A stretch of DNA of 20,000 nt from Chiloscyllium plagiosum (Eukaryota). Made by a program: the position numbers and the translations under genes. This document shows positions 1 through 10,178 of the stretch, piece after piece. Within the stretch, counting starts at the first letter, position 1, and each line of letters opens with the position of its first letter. The stretch spans positions 97,136,254 through 97,156,253 of the forward strand of contig NC_057718.1 in the NCBI RefSeq assembly GCF_004010195.1, in the 5' to 3' direction. The notes beneath the pieces are model-generated. The model was not told where the DNA came from. It did no database searches and saw only the letters and a program-made list of their open reading frames with translations.

Positions 1-587
1 GCACAGCATTTGTGCAAGTTTCAAATCCATTCGTTAGCCAAAACTGTTATCTGCGCACCAACATTGAGGTTACTACAGGAATTTTATGTTTGCCCCCCCA
101 TTTGGGTGAAACGAATTGTCCTCCTGGCTGGTACCAGTCACCCTAACCTTCCTGTCATGCCGGCTATGTCAAACTTGACAGCTGCTGCTTGTGTTAATAA
201 TAAGGCAGCCACCTGCAGGCAGAGGAGAGCACCTTGGAATGACTCTCACAACGCAGAATTCCTAACTTGGGGTCCAGATGCCATCCACTCCCAACTTGTG
301 GAAAGGATATTGTGTTTTCACCATTCTTTCTCAATTACCCGGTCCACGGACCTATTTGTTTTGTAGTGGTTGAAGAAGAACCACTCATGAGTCAAATCAA
401 GGAGAGGCTCTTGTCTTAAATAACGTTTGCAGGATAGCAATGACGTGAGTAAGTTGGACTTTGAGGAGACATGTGGATAAGGGTCTCCACCCAAAAAGAA
501 ACCCTAAGATATTCTGCCTTTTCCACCCATGTCCTCACATATTATCAGATTGGGTGGAACTTAGTCTGCAATGGCTGACTTGTTCTA

Positions 588-850
588 TTCATAGCAGCAT
601 AGGAGTAGGCCATTCAGCCCATTGAGTCTGCTCCGACATTCCACTCGATCAAGCCACTTCACCCTTCCTGATGACGAGCTGATGCCCAAAACGTCGACTC
701 TCCTGCTCCTCAGAGGCTGCCCGACCTGCTGGGCTATTCCAGAGCCACCCTTTTCTCCAGCATCTGCAGTCCTTTCTTTCTCCTTGTCACTCTCCTGTCT
801 TGTGTCTATATCCCGAGGTGTCATTCCCCTTCAGAATTCCACTGATACCA
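588..850 (-). mobile_element. Decayed CR1-type LINE 3' tail, interrupted by a pLTR-derived insertion
   Basis: ataggagtaggccattcagcccattgagtctgctcc is the reverse complement of a typical CR1 3' UTR end. Weak similarity resumes after 783. Confidence 0.6.
665..783 (+). mobile_element. Solo Penelope-like pLTR fragment with decayed hammerhead motif
   Basis: CTGATGA (668-674)-cgagctgatgccc-AAAA-CGTC-gactctcctgctcc...cagcatctgcagtcctttctttctcc. Homologous to the copies at 4262, 10179 and 12928; GAAA is mutated to AAAA. Confidence 0.8.
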
Positions 851-1342
851 GCTTTGCTCGAGCTCCTTGATGCCACACTCAGTCAAATACTGCCTTGTTG
901 TTGAGGGTGGTCTGATTCACTTCCCCATTGTCCACGCTTGGACCAAAGCAGTCCTGATGTTAGGGGATGAGTGGGGCTGGTGGAACTTACACTGAGTTCA
1001 GTGATCAGGTTAGTGCTCAGCGGTATTGTTAACAATCTCTCCCATCGCTTTGGCTGACGGTTAAGAATGAACCCATTATGCAGTGATTGGGCTGGTTGGA
1101 TTTGACCTGCTTTTTGTGCATAGGGCATATCTGGGTGACGAGGTAAAAACAATGACTGCAGATGCTGGAAACCAGATTCTGGATTAGTGGTGCTGGAAGA
1201 GCACAGCAGCTCAGGCAGCATTCGAGGAGCAGCAAAATCCACAGCTGTTCCTCGGATGCTGCCTGAACTGCTGTGCCGTTCCAGCACCACTAATCCAAAA
1301 TCTGGGTGACTGTCCACATCACCAGGACAGATGCTAGTGTTG
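850..1342 (-). mobile_element. Degenerate non-LTR LINE reverse-transcriptase fragment (CR1/L2-group), split by a fold-back insertion
   Basis: Minus-strand translation gives TQICPMHKKQVKSNQPNH, resembling the RT N-terminal 'AQVCPVHKKQDKSNPANYRP' motif. Positions 853-896 read AVFD*VWHQGARAK, resembling 'AAFDRVWH'. Frameshifted. Confidence 0.7.
1140..1299 (-). mobile_element. Fold-back pLTR-derived short element, hammerhead centre deleted
   Basis: Inverted arms ~1172-1233 and ~1244-1305 with a 10-nt loop. Flanking direct repeat atctgggtgac at 1129-1139 and 1300-1310. Confidence 0.85.
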
Positions 1343-1874
1343 CCTAAAACAACATATAATATTGACTGGCAGTTGAATCATTTTCTCCACAGTACATGGG
1401 ATTCCTAAAATACAGATTTATTCTTCCAGTCTGACGACTCAGTCAATGCATTGGTTATTACGGTATCAAGCTGGGTACGCCAGGGACTTCATTTAATTTG
1501 TCGTCTGTCAGCAACATCAAAATTGTCTTCACTGTCCATGGACTAAGATTAGACAAAGGCTATCATTCACCTCTCATACGCCCGACATTGGACAAAGATA
1601 GCTCTTAATTTTCAGATAGACAACAGTTGTTATCCAGATTTACAAACTGATCACAGAGATGATGTCTGAAGGATTGCTCTCCAAAGTGAGCACTCGCCTC
1701 CAAAAACAAAGTGTAGGACTGCGGAGGCAAAGGGTTTTTGCACAGCACGAGTTCATTAAGGGGGCAGCAGGTAGCTCCTTAATGCAGAGAGGCTGCGATA
1801 GTAGGGATAGAATGGTGACCTCTAATCCGGGGGACCCCTGCAGTGGGTCAAGTTGGTTGATTTTTATTGACGAT

Positions 1875-2378
1875 AAAATGTGGAGCCGGAAAAGCACGGC
1901 AGGTCAGGCAGCATCGGAGGAGCAGGAGAGTCGACATTTTGGATCGGGAGTAGAGAGGGGCAAGGGGACTGATAAATAAATGGGAATGGGATGGAGCTGA
2001 GGGGAAGGTAGGTTGGATGGCGATATGTGGGTGCAGCTCGGGGATTATTGTGAATGGCCAGTGGGAAGGGTGGAGTGGTGAGTAGGAAGATGGACAGGTT
2101 AGGTCAGGTCAGGGAGGTGGGTTGGAGGGGGAGGGAACCAGATATGGGGTGAGGTTGGGGGTTGGGGAGATTTTGAAGCTAGTGAACTCAATGTTGAGGC
2201 CGTTGGGACTATAAACTCCCGTGGCGGAATATTAGGTGTTGTCTCTTATAAGTCAATATAAGTTTGCTCATGGCCTCATTTTGACAGTGGAGGAGGCCCA
2301 GGATGGACATGTCACCAAGGGAGTGGGGGAGGAGGGGGGTTTGAAATGTCTGGCAACAGGAAGGTGGTGTTGATTGGA
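1875..2378 (-). mobile_element. Penelope-like element 3' fragment: GIY-YIG endonuclease C-terminus, pyrimidine-rich 3' UTR and partial pLTR
   Basis: ORF 2209-2394(-) contains HSLGDMSILGLLHCQNEAMSKL...QHLIFRHGSL, a typical PLE endonuclease end. 1875-1945 matches the pLTR repeat. Confidence 0.85.
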
Positions 2379-2469
2379 GCATGCCCTCGAGCAAGACAAT
2401 TCAAAATGGGCAACAACTTCAGGCCTTGGCAGTAATGCCCATATCCCATGAAGGAACTGAAGAAAGCTT

Positions 2470-2797
2470 CTTCTATAACCTTGCTATTGCCTCTGTTATT
2501 GACCTTCCCCAATCCGCTAGGTACTCAGTACTCCTCCAAATCCAATCCTACCATGATTCCATTCACTTTAGCATTGGCAGCCAAGCAATCCAGTGCCTAA
2601 GCTTTGGAATTTGTTCTCTAGACCTCACCCTCTCTTTTCCTTTGTTTAAGCTGCCCGTTCTCTTTGGTTCAAATTTGGGCCACCCATTTATGTTTTGCCG
2701 TGGCTCACTGACCGATATTATCCAGTTACCATCCCATGAGCATCTCTGTATATTTTCCATTGTTTCATGTCGCTGTGTTAATGCTAGTTGCTTTTGT
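2470..2797 (+). mobile_element. Highly decayed L2 LINE 3' end
   Basis: ctcctccaaatcc...cattggcagcc...cctaagctttggaatt...gctgtgttaatgctagttgcttttg follows the recalled order of L2 ORF2-end and 3' UTR motifs. Confidence 0.55.
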
Positions 2798-3439
2798 TCA
2801 GACCACCATCCCATTCTCTTTCTTAACAGACACTGCTTTCAATGCTCCAGTGACGTTATCAACTCCTTCTGCAACATCAAACGCTGAGCTATCCTGAAAC
2901 GTTTACTTCAAAATCGCTGTAAAAGCAATTTTAATGTCTCTGAGACCACTTGACATCCTCTGCGTATAAAAATATTTGAGAGTTACAATTACTGTGGATG
3001 AGTTATTTTTAAGCTTCAGTAGAAGCTATTTATCAGAGTGAGCGTTGACAGTTTGGTGCTTGAGTATTAGAGAGTTGCAAAGAATTCAGACATTAGATAG
3101 AAATAAACTCTGTGAAGAATAACTGGATAGTTAGTAAAATTGGATAGTTAATTATTGTAAAATGGTGCCTTTAAGAAGGTGATAGTGAGTTGATCTGCTG
3201 CAGTACATGTGGTGCAGGTATAGCCACAATCTCAGAAAGGAAGTTCTGAGATTTTGACCCAGTGGCAGTGAAGAAATGACAATGAAGGCCCAAGTCAGGG
3301 TGGTCTGTGGTTTAGGGTGGAATCTGGAGACATTGGTGTGCTGATGCACTCTCTGCCATTGTCCTTCTCAGTGGCAGTGTTGTGGGTTTAGAAGGTGTGG
3401 TTAAGAGAGACACATCAGCTCTTGGGAGTGTATTTTTTC

Positions 3440-3771
3440 GAATCATAGAATCTCTACAGTGTAGAAACAAGCCGTTTGGCCCAACAAGTCCACACAGCCC
3501 CTCCAAAGAGTAACCCACCCAGACCCATTCCCCTACCCTATTATCCCATATTTACCCCTGACTAATGCACCTAACCTACACATCTCTGAACACTATGGCA
3601 ATGTAGCATGGCCAATTCACCTGACCTGCACATCTTTGGACTGTGGGAGGAAACCGGAGCACCCGGAGAAAACCCACACAGACACAGGGAGAATGTGCAA
3701 ACTCCACACAGTCACCCGAGGGTGGGATCGAACTTGGGTCCCTGGCGCCGTGAGGCAGCAGTGCTAACTAC
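3440..3771 (-). mobile_element. HE1-type V-SINE, about 20 nt missing at the 5' end
   Basis: Reverse complement shows a tRNA head with B box (gttcgatcc), V-domain (gagtttgcacattctccc...ggtttcctcccacagtccaaaga) and CR1-like tail. Confidence 0.92.
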
Positions 3772-3852
3772 ATTACGATGATATACACTGCTGCCACTGG
3801 TGGTGTATGAGCTGCGAGGTAACCTTAGACCTGGATGGTATTGAGTTTCTTA

Positions 3853-4261
3853 TAAGTCCATATGATATAGGAGTAGAATTAGAATATTGTGTCTGGTCGC
3901 CATTCAGTAATGGCTGATATGTTTCTCAACCGCATTCTTCTGCCTTCTCCCCCAATCAGGAACTTATCTAACTTTGTCTTAGATACACTCAATGACATGG
4001 CTTCCACAGGCTTCCACAAGGAGTTCCACATGTTCATAACCCTCTGACTGAAGAAATTCCTCCTCATCTCCATACTGAAGGGTGATTCCTTCACTCGGAG
4101 GCTGGGCCCTCAGGTCCTCGTCTCTCCTGCTCATGGAAACATATTCTCTACGTCCACTTTATCCAGGCCTCTCAGTTATCTCTAAGTTTCAATCGGATTC
4201 CCCACTTCCATCCTTCTAAACTCAATTGAGTACAGAGCCAGAGTCCTCATATGACAAACCT
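3853..4261 (-). mobile_element. CR1 LINE 3' end
   Basis: ORF 3879-4094(-) PFSMEMRRNFFSQRVMNMWNSL...KTKLDKFL is a CR1 ORF2 C-terminus. The 3' UTR ends near 3853. Confidence 0.88.
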
Positions 4262-4439
4262 CAGAGAAAGCGAGGACTGCAACTGCTGGAGATCAGAGTC
4301 GAGAGTGTGGTGCTGGAAAAGCACAGCAGGTCAGGCAGCATCCGAGAAGGAGGAGAATCGATGTTTCGGACAAGAGCCCTTCATCAGGAATCTTGCACGA
4401 AAAGTCGATTCTTCTGCTCCTCGGATGCTGCCTGACCTG
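4262..4439 (-). mobile_element. Fold-back pLTR-derived short element with 13-bp TSD
   Basis: Arms ~4327-4375 and ~4391-4439. TSD atatgacaaacct (4249-4261) / atataacaaacct (4440-4452). Confidence 0.88.
4355..4392 (-). ncRNA. Minimal type I hammerhead ribozyme motif of the Penelope pLTR type
   Basis: Minus strand reads gauuc-CUGAUGA-A-GGGC-ucuu-GUCC-GAAA-ca-UC-gauuc: intact core, 4-bp stem II, minimal stem III, stem I 4/5 paired. Activity is not demonstrated. Confidence 0.7.
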
Positions 4440-5217
4440 ATATAACAAACCTTGTTTCATGAAGGAGTTATGTTCATCCATGCAAGTATTCCATCACAAT
4501 GATAGACACGCTTTGGAAGTTATGAAGTAAGTTGCTCTTCAGAGAATTCCCGGCCTCCTCCCTACCCTTGTTGCCACAGTATTTCTGTGGTGGTTCAGTT
4601 CAGTTTCAGGTTATTGGTCACCTCCAGGACTCTGAAGGTGGGGAAGTTCAGCCGTGGTAATGTCAGTGGGCAATGATTTGGATCCTGTTGGAGATTGTCA
4701 TTGGATGGTAATTACCAACCTGAAGTCTTGCTGAAGTGGGCAGTGTTCCAATACCTGAGAAACTGTGAGTATTGCGAGACATAGAATTCATTGCAAAGGT
4801 AGGATTCACGTAATGGGGCTGTTAAAGTGATAACTGCCTGACTCAATGGTAGTTAAACAGTGTAGAAATTTAGCTTTTACATTATTTTTGTGTTTACTGA
4901 TGTTAGTTGTACTTGAATGCCGTACTTGGAAAAAATGTGGTAATACATGCTGTTATCTCATGACAAAAGACAGTTTGATGGAGAGCTAAATGGTGTGAGC
5001 TAGATTCCTTGGGACTCTGTTAAACTGTGGCAGATTATAAAGTGAAATCATGCATTTCCATAATATGTGCTCTGTGACTTTGTGTTGGTGATAAACTTTC
5101 TGAATTGGAGATTTGTACGGAGCATGACTTGGCTTGTCAAGGTGCATCGGGCTGTGTACATTATGCATGACTTTGTTCGATAACTCTCTTTTTTTGTGTG
5201 TGTCATTTTGTTTCCAG

Positions 5218-5286
5218 GAAACAGACCTGCTGGAAATTAGCCTGGTCAAGGATGCCCGTACAGGAAAGTACGCAAGAAATCCCAAG
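5218..5286 (+). CDS. PLCB1: Internal coding exon (69 nt, phase 0/0) of a phospholipase C beta gene, PH-domain region, equivalent to PLCB exon 3
   Basis: Pyrimidine tract and acceptor ...cattttgtttccag|GAA (AG at 5216-5217); donor AAG|gtaggc (GT at 5287-5288). Translates ETDLLEISLVKDARTGKYARNPK. From memory, human PLCB1 is [23 protein letters not shown] (15/23 identical, same 69-nt exon) and PLCB3 is [23 protein letters not shown] (14/23). Family call is strong, paralogue call moderate. Confidence 0.88.
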
Positions 5287-5827
5287 GTAGGCCATGTGCT
5301 GTAAAACTCTGACCAGCCACACTCATCTGCATCAGTAACCTGCACATAAATGTTCAGCAGTTTGTGCAAACTATTTGTAACAATCTTCAGATACTTCTGA
5401 GAGAAAAAAAACACATTTGACAAGCTCAAGGTGATTTAACTGCACCTCCTCTCTGTCATAATAATGTGCATTGTGTCTTATATTCTAGATCACACCAGAT
5501 TTTGTGTATGTAACAAGTTTTATTTACACAGCTTTAAATGTCTGCTCCATGTTTTCAGCTTGAAGCCCCTGTATTTACTTTTCACTGTGTCAACAGCCAG
5601 GCTGAACCAATCAAGCACAGTGAGCATCAATAATAGACAGGCTCATATAATCAAACACAGAACAATTGATACTCCATTCATTTCCTGAGGTGTCAATGAT
5701 TAATAATTAGCAGCAAGTTTTGCAAAACTGTCACTTGTGATTCCAGCCAAGCTTACGGTCCAGTAACTTGTGTTTGTAAACAGTCGATCCATCATGGCCA
5801 TTGTCATTGGCACAATCGATAAAGGGT

Positions 5828-6490
5828 AGCGCTGGAAAAAGCAAAGCAGGTCAGGCAGAATGCAAGGAGCAGGAGAGTCAACGTTTCAGGCAGGACGCAA
5901 AAGAGGGGAAGAGGGCTGAGAAATAAAAAGCGGGAGGGGTGTGGGACTGGGGGAAAGGTGGGTGCGATGATGATAGGTGGATGCAGGTAGGAGGTGATGG
6001 TGATAGGTCAGTGAGGAGGGTGGAGCGGATAGCTGGGAAGGAAGACGATCAGGTCAAGAGGGCGGTGCCGAGTCGGAGAGTTGGATCTGAAATGGGTGGG
6101 GGGAGAGGAGATTTGGAAACTGGTGAACTCAATGTCGAGGCCATGTGGATGTAGGGTCCCGAGGTGGAAGATGAGGTGCTCTTTCTCCAGTAGTGGGTGG
6201 CCTTGTTTAAACTGTGGAGGCAGCCCAGAATGGGCATGTCATGGGGGGAGTAGGAGGGGGAGTTGAAATGGCTGGCCACAGGAAGGTGGTGCGTACAGAC
6301 TAGAGATGTTCACTGAACCGTTCCGCGAATTTGTGCTCTGTCTTTCTGATGTAGAGGAGACCACACTGGGAGCAATGGATGCAGTTAATGAGGTTCGAGG
6401 ATATGCAAGTAAATCTCTGCCAGATTTGGAATGATCCTTTGGGGCTTTGGATGGAGACGCAAGAGGGGGGAGGTGTGGGCGCAGGTTTCG
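5828..6490 (-). mobile_element. Penelope-like (Neptune-like) element 3' fragment with pseudogenised GIY-YIG endonuclease and partial pLTR
   Basis: SIQSPKGSFQIWQRFTCISSNLINCIHCSQCGLLYIRKTEHKFAERFSEHL (GIY-CxxC-YIG-like, R..EH), then ASHFNSPSYSPHDMPILG in another frame. pLTR at 5828-5895 retains GAAACGTT. Confidence 0.9.
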
Positions 6491-6789
6491 TCAAGAGATT
6501 ATTGTTGTGCATCAGTTTCTACAGCAGACTGTTGGGTACTGAGAGGTTCTGAAGTTCAAATTGCAGCCCTAATATTTCCAGATTGACCGACTGTACCTAA
6601 CATCAGTGAACCAAGCAACCATTTTTTGGGTAAGCAATCGAAGGACTAAGATGTCATTGGATTTTACTTTTGCTTCTTATTCAGGGGAGAGCAGTGATTT
6701 AAAAAGAAACACAGAGGAGAGTGGACCCCAGTGTAATAATTTTGCGTGGCCATTGAAAATGGATCCCTTGCCAAAACTCAGAAAGTGTT

Positions 6790-7035
6790 TGTTCCAGGAA
6801 CACAGGCCATAGACTGTAAACAAGGAGTCAGTGGTTTAACACTGAAATGTGGAGAAATTACTTTCACTTGAGGCTTGTGGATCTTCTTGAATTCTGGGGT
6901 AGGAACCCCAAAGATCTTAGTCGTTAATTAGATTTGAGGCAACGGTCCAAAACTAGTATGGGAAGGTGAAGTTGAAGGCAGGTTTAACAGCTATTGAATG
7001 GTCAAGCGAATGGCCTACTCTTACTCTTGCCTTTG
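6790..7035 (+). mobile_element. Decayed CR1 3' end
   Basis: ggccatagact...tttaacactgaaatgtggagaaattacttt, and tail tattgaatgg...gaatggcctactcttactc. Confidence 0.65.
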
Positions 7036-7503
7036 TCCCAGACAAAGACTTATCAGAGCATGGTGGGCTTGTAATTCATCAGGCAGCCTCCCTTCCACTG
7101 GGATTTTTGATGGATCCAGTCTGTCACAGATATGTACCTATTGTGTCTTAGCATTGTTTGCCCTCTACCAGGTAAATGACATTGAACGACAGAACATCAG
7201 AAGAAGAGATGAACAGAACACCAAATGGAAGAGCTTGCCTTGGTCCCTTCTGTCTTGGGTGTGTGCCCTTTATTTTTATCCAGTTCCCATCTCCTTCAGT
7301 TCGGAGGCTCAGGTCACCGACTCCATGGTTTCCTGGTGTATTGTGAGTTCCCGCTGTATGGATGGAGCTGGTTCTCATCCACTTGCATGAGATACCCAAT
7401 AGGAAAAGAAAAGGAAAAAAACAGTGTGTTTGGAAAGGATGGTGACATTCTTTGGTTGAATCTTTGGTAAGGTTTGGGCTGTCCATAACAGGAAACAGGA
7501 AAA

Positions 7504-7778
7504 ATTAGATCACTTACAGTGTGGAAACAGGCCCTTTGCCCAACAAGTCCACACCGACCCAGACCCATTCCCCTGCACCTAACACTATGGGCAACTTGGT
7601 ATGGCCAATTCACCTAACCTGCACATTTTTGGACTGTGGGAGGAAACCGGAGCACCCGGATGAAACCCACGCAGACACGGGGAGAATGTGCAAACTCCAC
7701 ACAGTCAGTCGCCTGAGGCGGGAATTGAACCCGGGTCACTGGCGCTGTGAGGCAGCAGTGCTAACCACTGTGCCGCCC
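7504..7778 (-). mobile_element. HE1-type V-SINE
   Basis: Reverse complement starts gggcggcacagtggttagcactgctgcctcacagcgcc, then B box ggttcaattcc, V-domain, and tail ctgtttccacactgtaagtgatctaat. Confidence 0.93.
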
Positions 7779-8071
7779 ACAGAGACAAATGTTTTGTCTT
7801 TGAGCAGAGCATATCTCTCATGGCCTGTAGAACAGAATGGAGGGTCTTGAGACCCTGAAATTTGGTCTTTAGGTGTTAACATTCTAATACTATTTTGTGA
7901 GGAGCATCTTGATTTTCTGCTGTTGTCTTTCAAAGCATGTCATTTGTGAGGAAAGCATCGAGAGTATTTAATATGTATTCCTGTCTTTTGTTCCCCACAT
8001 CGATCCTTGTGCTTCCAAGGAATCCATTTTCTGTTGTGTCAATCAATTAAGTTTCCATTTTATAAATGGCT

Positions 8072-8396
8072 GGCAGCACGGTGGCTCAGTGGTTAGCACC
8101 TCCACCTGACAGCGCCTCGGGCGACTGTCTGTGTGGGTTTTGCACATTCTCCCCGTGTCTGCATGGGTTTCCTCCGAGTGCTCCGGTTTCCTCCCACAGT
8201 CCAAAGATGTGCAGCTTAGGTGAATCAGCCATGCTGAATTGCCCATAGTGTTCAGGGATGTGTAGGTTAGGTGTATTAGTCATGGGTAAATATTGGGTAG
8301 GGGAATGGGTCTGGGTGGGTTATTCTTCGGAGGGCTGGTGTGGACTTGTTGGGCTGAAGGTCCTGTTTTCACTCTGTAGGGTTTCTATTAAAAAAA
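8072..8396 (+). mobile_element. HE1-type V-SINE with B box deleted
   Basis: A box tggctcagtgg, V-domain and tail are present. About 24 nt including the B box are missing near 8116. Confidence 0.92.
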
Positions 8397-9304
8397 TTGT
8401 CAGATACTGTCACATTTGGCTATGGGTGAGAGCAGCTCAAAGGTGTTGATGCAGTAAGTATTGCATCCTCAGGTGGGATATTGCCAACACACGTGGGTAA
8501 CATTGATGGGAGAGCTCAGTACCCTTCTGTATTGTGTTCGAGAGCTGGTGTGTGTTGGTCTGGCAAAGCAAATTGTCCTCTGATGGGATTTGTTTCACTG
8601 CAGTAAATTCTAATCCACATCTTCCCCAGTGATGATCGATCTTGTACTTTAATTATGTTGCTCAGGCAGGAAATATAAATATGTCACAGGGAAAATTGAC
8701 GCAGCTTTTGATGGAAAGCCAACTACAAAGCAACCTCGCCGTCTGATTTATGTCTGGCTTTCGCATCTTGGCTCAGCTCATGAACCCACTTCCCAGTTTG
8801 TGCTCGCTCTCTGTCTGTTCTGCTGTAGCCCACTCGAAATATTCTTCCATCAGCAGATCGCTGCCTGGAGTCTCAGCCACGATAATGAGCCTTCTCCTCC
8901 CCTACCCTCTGAGTCAGGGATTAAAATCCTCTCTCCAAATCCAGTCAGCACTGCATAACTGAACCTGACAAATCTGTACAGCTGTGTCCTATCAGTTCCT
9001 TTAGCTTTGCCAAAAACACGAGGGTTGAAAGGTTAACTCCACCGAAGTCTGAATTCTCCCAACTCTACAGCTGAATCACAGGTGGAAGAGAAGCCAAACA
9101 GATGACGTCAAAATATACTTCTTTCTATCTTTCCCTCCCTCCTCACTCACTCACTGACTCTCACCCTTTGCTTACTTCTTCTCTCTGGACCGCAGCTCTC
9201 TCCCCTTCCAGCCCCAATATATGAAAGCAAACATTGCTCATCATCCAAAGTCATGGCTGCAAATACTGATCAATGGACATCGCGAGACCAAATGAATGAT
9301 CAAA

Positions 9305-9507
9305 ACTGTTGGAGATGGATTTCAATACAACCAAGTGTGAGGCTATCCATTTTGGATTGAAAAGGGATAGATCAGCGTACTTTCCGGATGAAGTGAAGTT
9401 AAATACAATGAATGTCCAAAGAAACTTGGAGGTTCAGAGTCACCAATGTTTAAAATGCAGAAAGAAATCAAGGTGCAGAAAGTAAGGCTGAAGGACAGTT
9501 GGTCTTT
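9305..9507 (+). mobile_element. CR1 RT fragment
   Basis: Translates MDFNTTKCEAIHFG...VQRNLEVQ, resembling CR1 'WQMEFN..KCEVIHFG...QRDLGV'. Confidence 0.75.
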
Positions 9508-9509
9508 GA

Positions 9510-9676
9510 CACCAACAGCACAGGTTCGATTCCCACACCAGTTGAGGTCACCATAGCAGTCCTGGTTTCATCACCTCTCCCCTCATCTGAGGCATGGTGT
9601 TAAACCACCAGCAATCCTCTCTCTCTCTCTCTCTCCCTCTCCCAGGAGAGCAGTGGGATTATGGTGACTTTACTTA
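9510..9676 (+). mobile_element. 5'-truncated tRNA-derived SINE (non-HE1) with internal (CT)n
   Basis: B box ggttcgattcc near 9523-9533, (CT)n at ~9617-9641, end gggattatggtgactttactt. Confidence 0.6.
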
Positions 9677-10178
9677 CTAATCATTGCAGAACTAAACCTT
9701 GCTGAGTGGGCATTTGGACCTTAATAACTTGGTGATAACCACTCTAGTGTGGGCTGCACAGACTAAGAAGATCCCAGGTACACACTCTACTCAGTTGTTA
9801 TTTGATCTTAAAAAGAGCATAGTCTTGTACAATGGCAGACAGCTTGATCCCAGTTCAGCCAGTCTCTTGGTGTTTGCTCTTCTTTTGCTAGAACTATCTG
9901 GGGTACCATGAGTGGATTCACTGTCACCTATCCTTATCGGCTTCAGTTCCAGTTACTCATACTAACTGCGGAAGGATCCATGTGAGGTTTCAAACAAAAG
10001 CTGGCTCATTTTTGATGAACAATAAATACATTTGTTACATATTATTTAGTAGCTAGTTACATAAGATCTGGGATAAATGATAGACTATCAGGCTGACCTT
10101 AATTGCACTTTGTTACTGTAGTTACTAAGAACAGTCACCACAGTACCATATATCCTCTGATGGACATATGTGGAACTT

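Larger units (their letters stand above)
3155..4800 (-). mobile_element. Old LINE 3' portion (segments ~3155-3435, 3772-3850, 4455-4800) hosting nested insertions
   Basis: The three segments are collinear with a recalled shark LINE consensus (gattttgacccag, cccaagtcaggg, acactgctgccactg, gtattccatcaca, gccacagtattt, gttggagattgtcattg). Confidence 0.6.

Noticed and set aside
1140..1299. Fold-back elements as MITEs (DNA transposons) or pre-miRNAs
   Set aside because: The arms are asymmetric rather than terminal inverted repeats, solo single-arm copies exist, and the same sequence is attached to PLE GIY-YIG fragments. There is no evidence here for miRNA processing.
2381..2887. 168-aa plus-strand ORF
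   Set aside because: It overlies a decayed L2 3' end and has no credible domain or splice context.
4226..4481. ORFs containing LLLLGCCLTCCAFPAPH or VVLEKHSRSGSIR (also near 622, 883-1317, 12780-13177)
   Set aside because: These are recurrent translations of the non-coding pLTR repeat, not a protein family.
4986..5429. 147-aa minus-strand ORF overlapping the exon
   Set aside because: No recognisable homology; it is an antisense shadow of the real plus-strand exon.
7715..7778. tRNA genes at A/B-box sequences
   Set aside because: They are SINE heads continuing into V-domains and lack a full cloverleaf.
7521..8283. ORFs with LDCGRKPEHP.ETHADTGRMCK
   Set aside because: Antisense translation of the HE1 V-domain.
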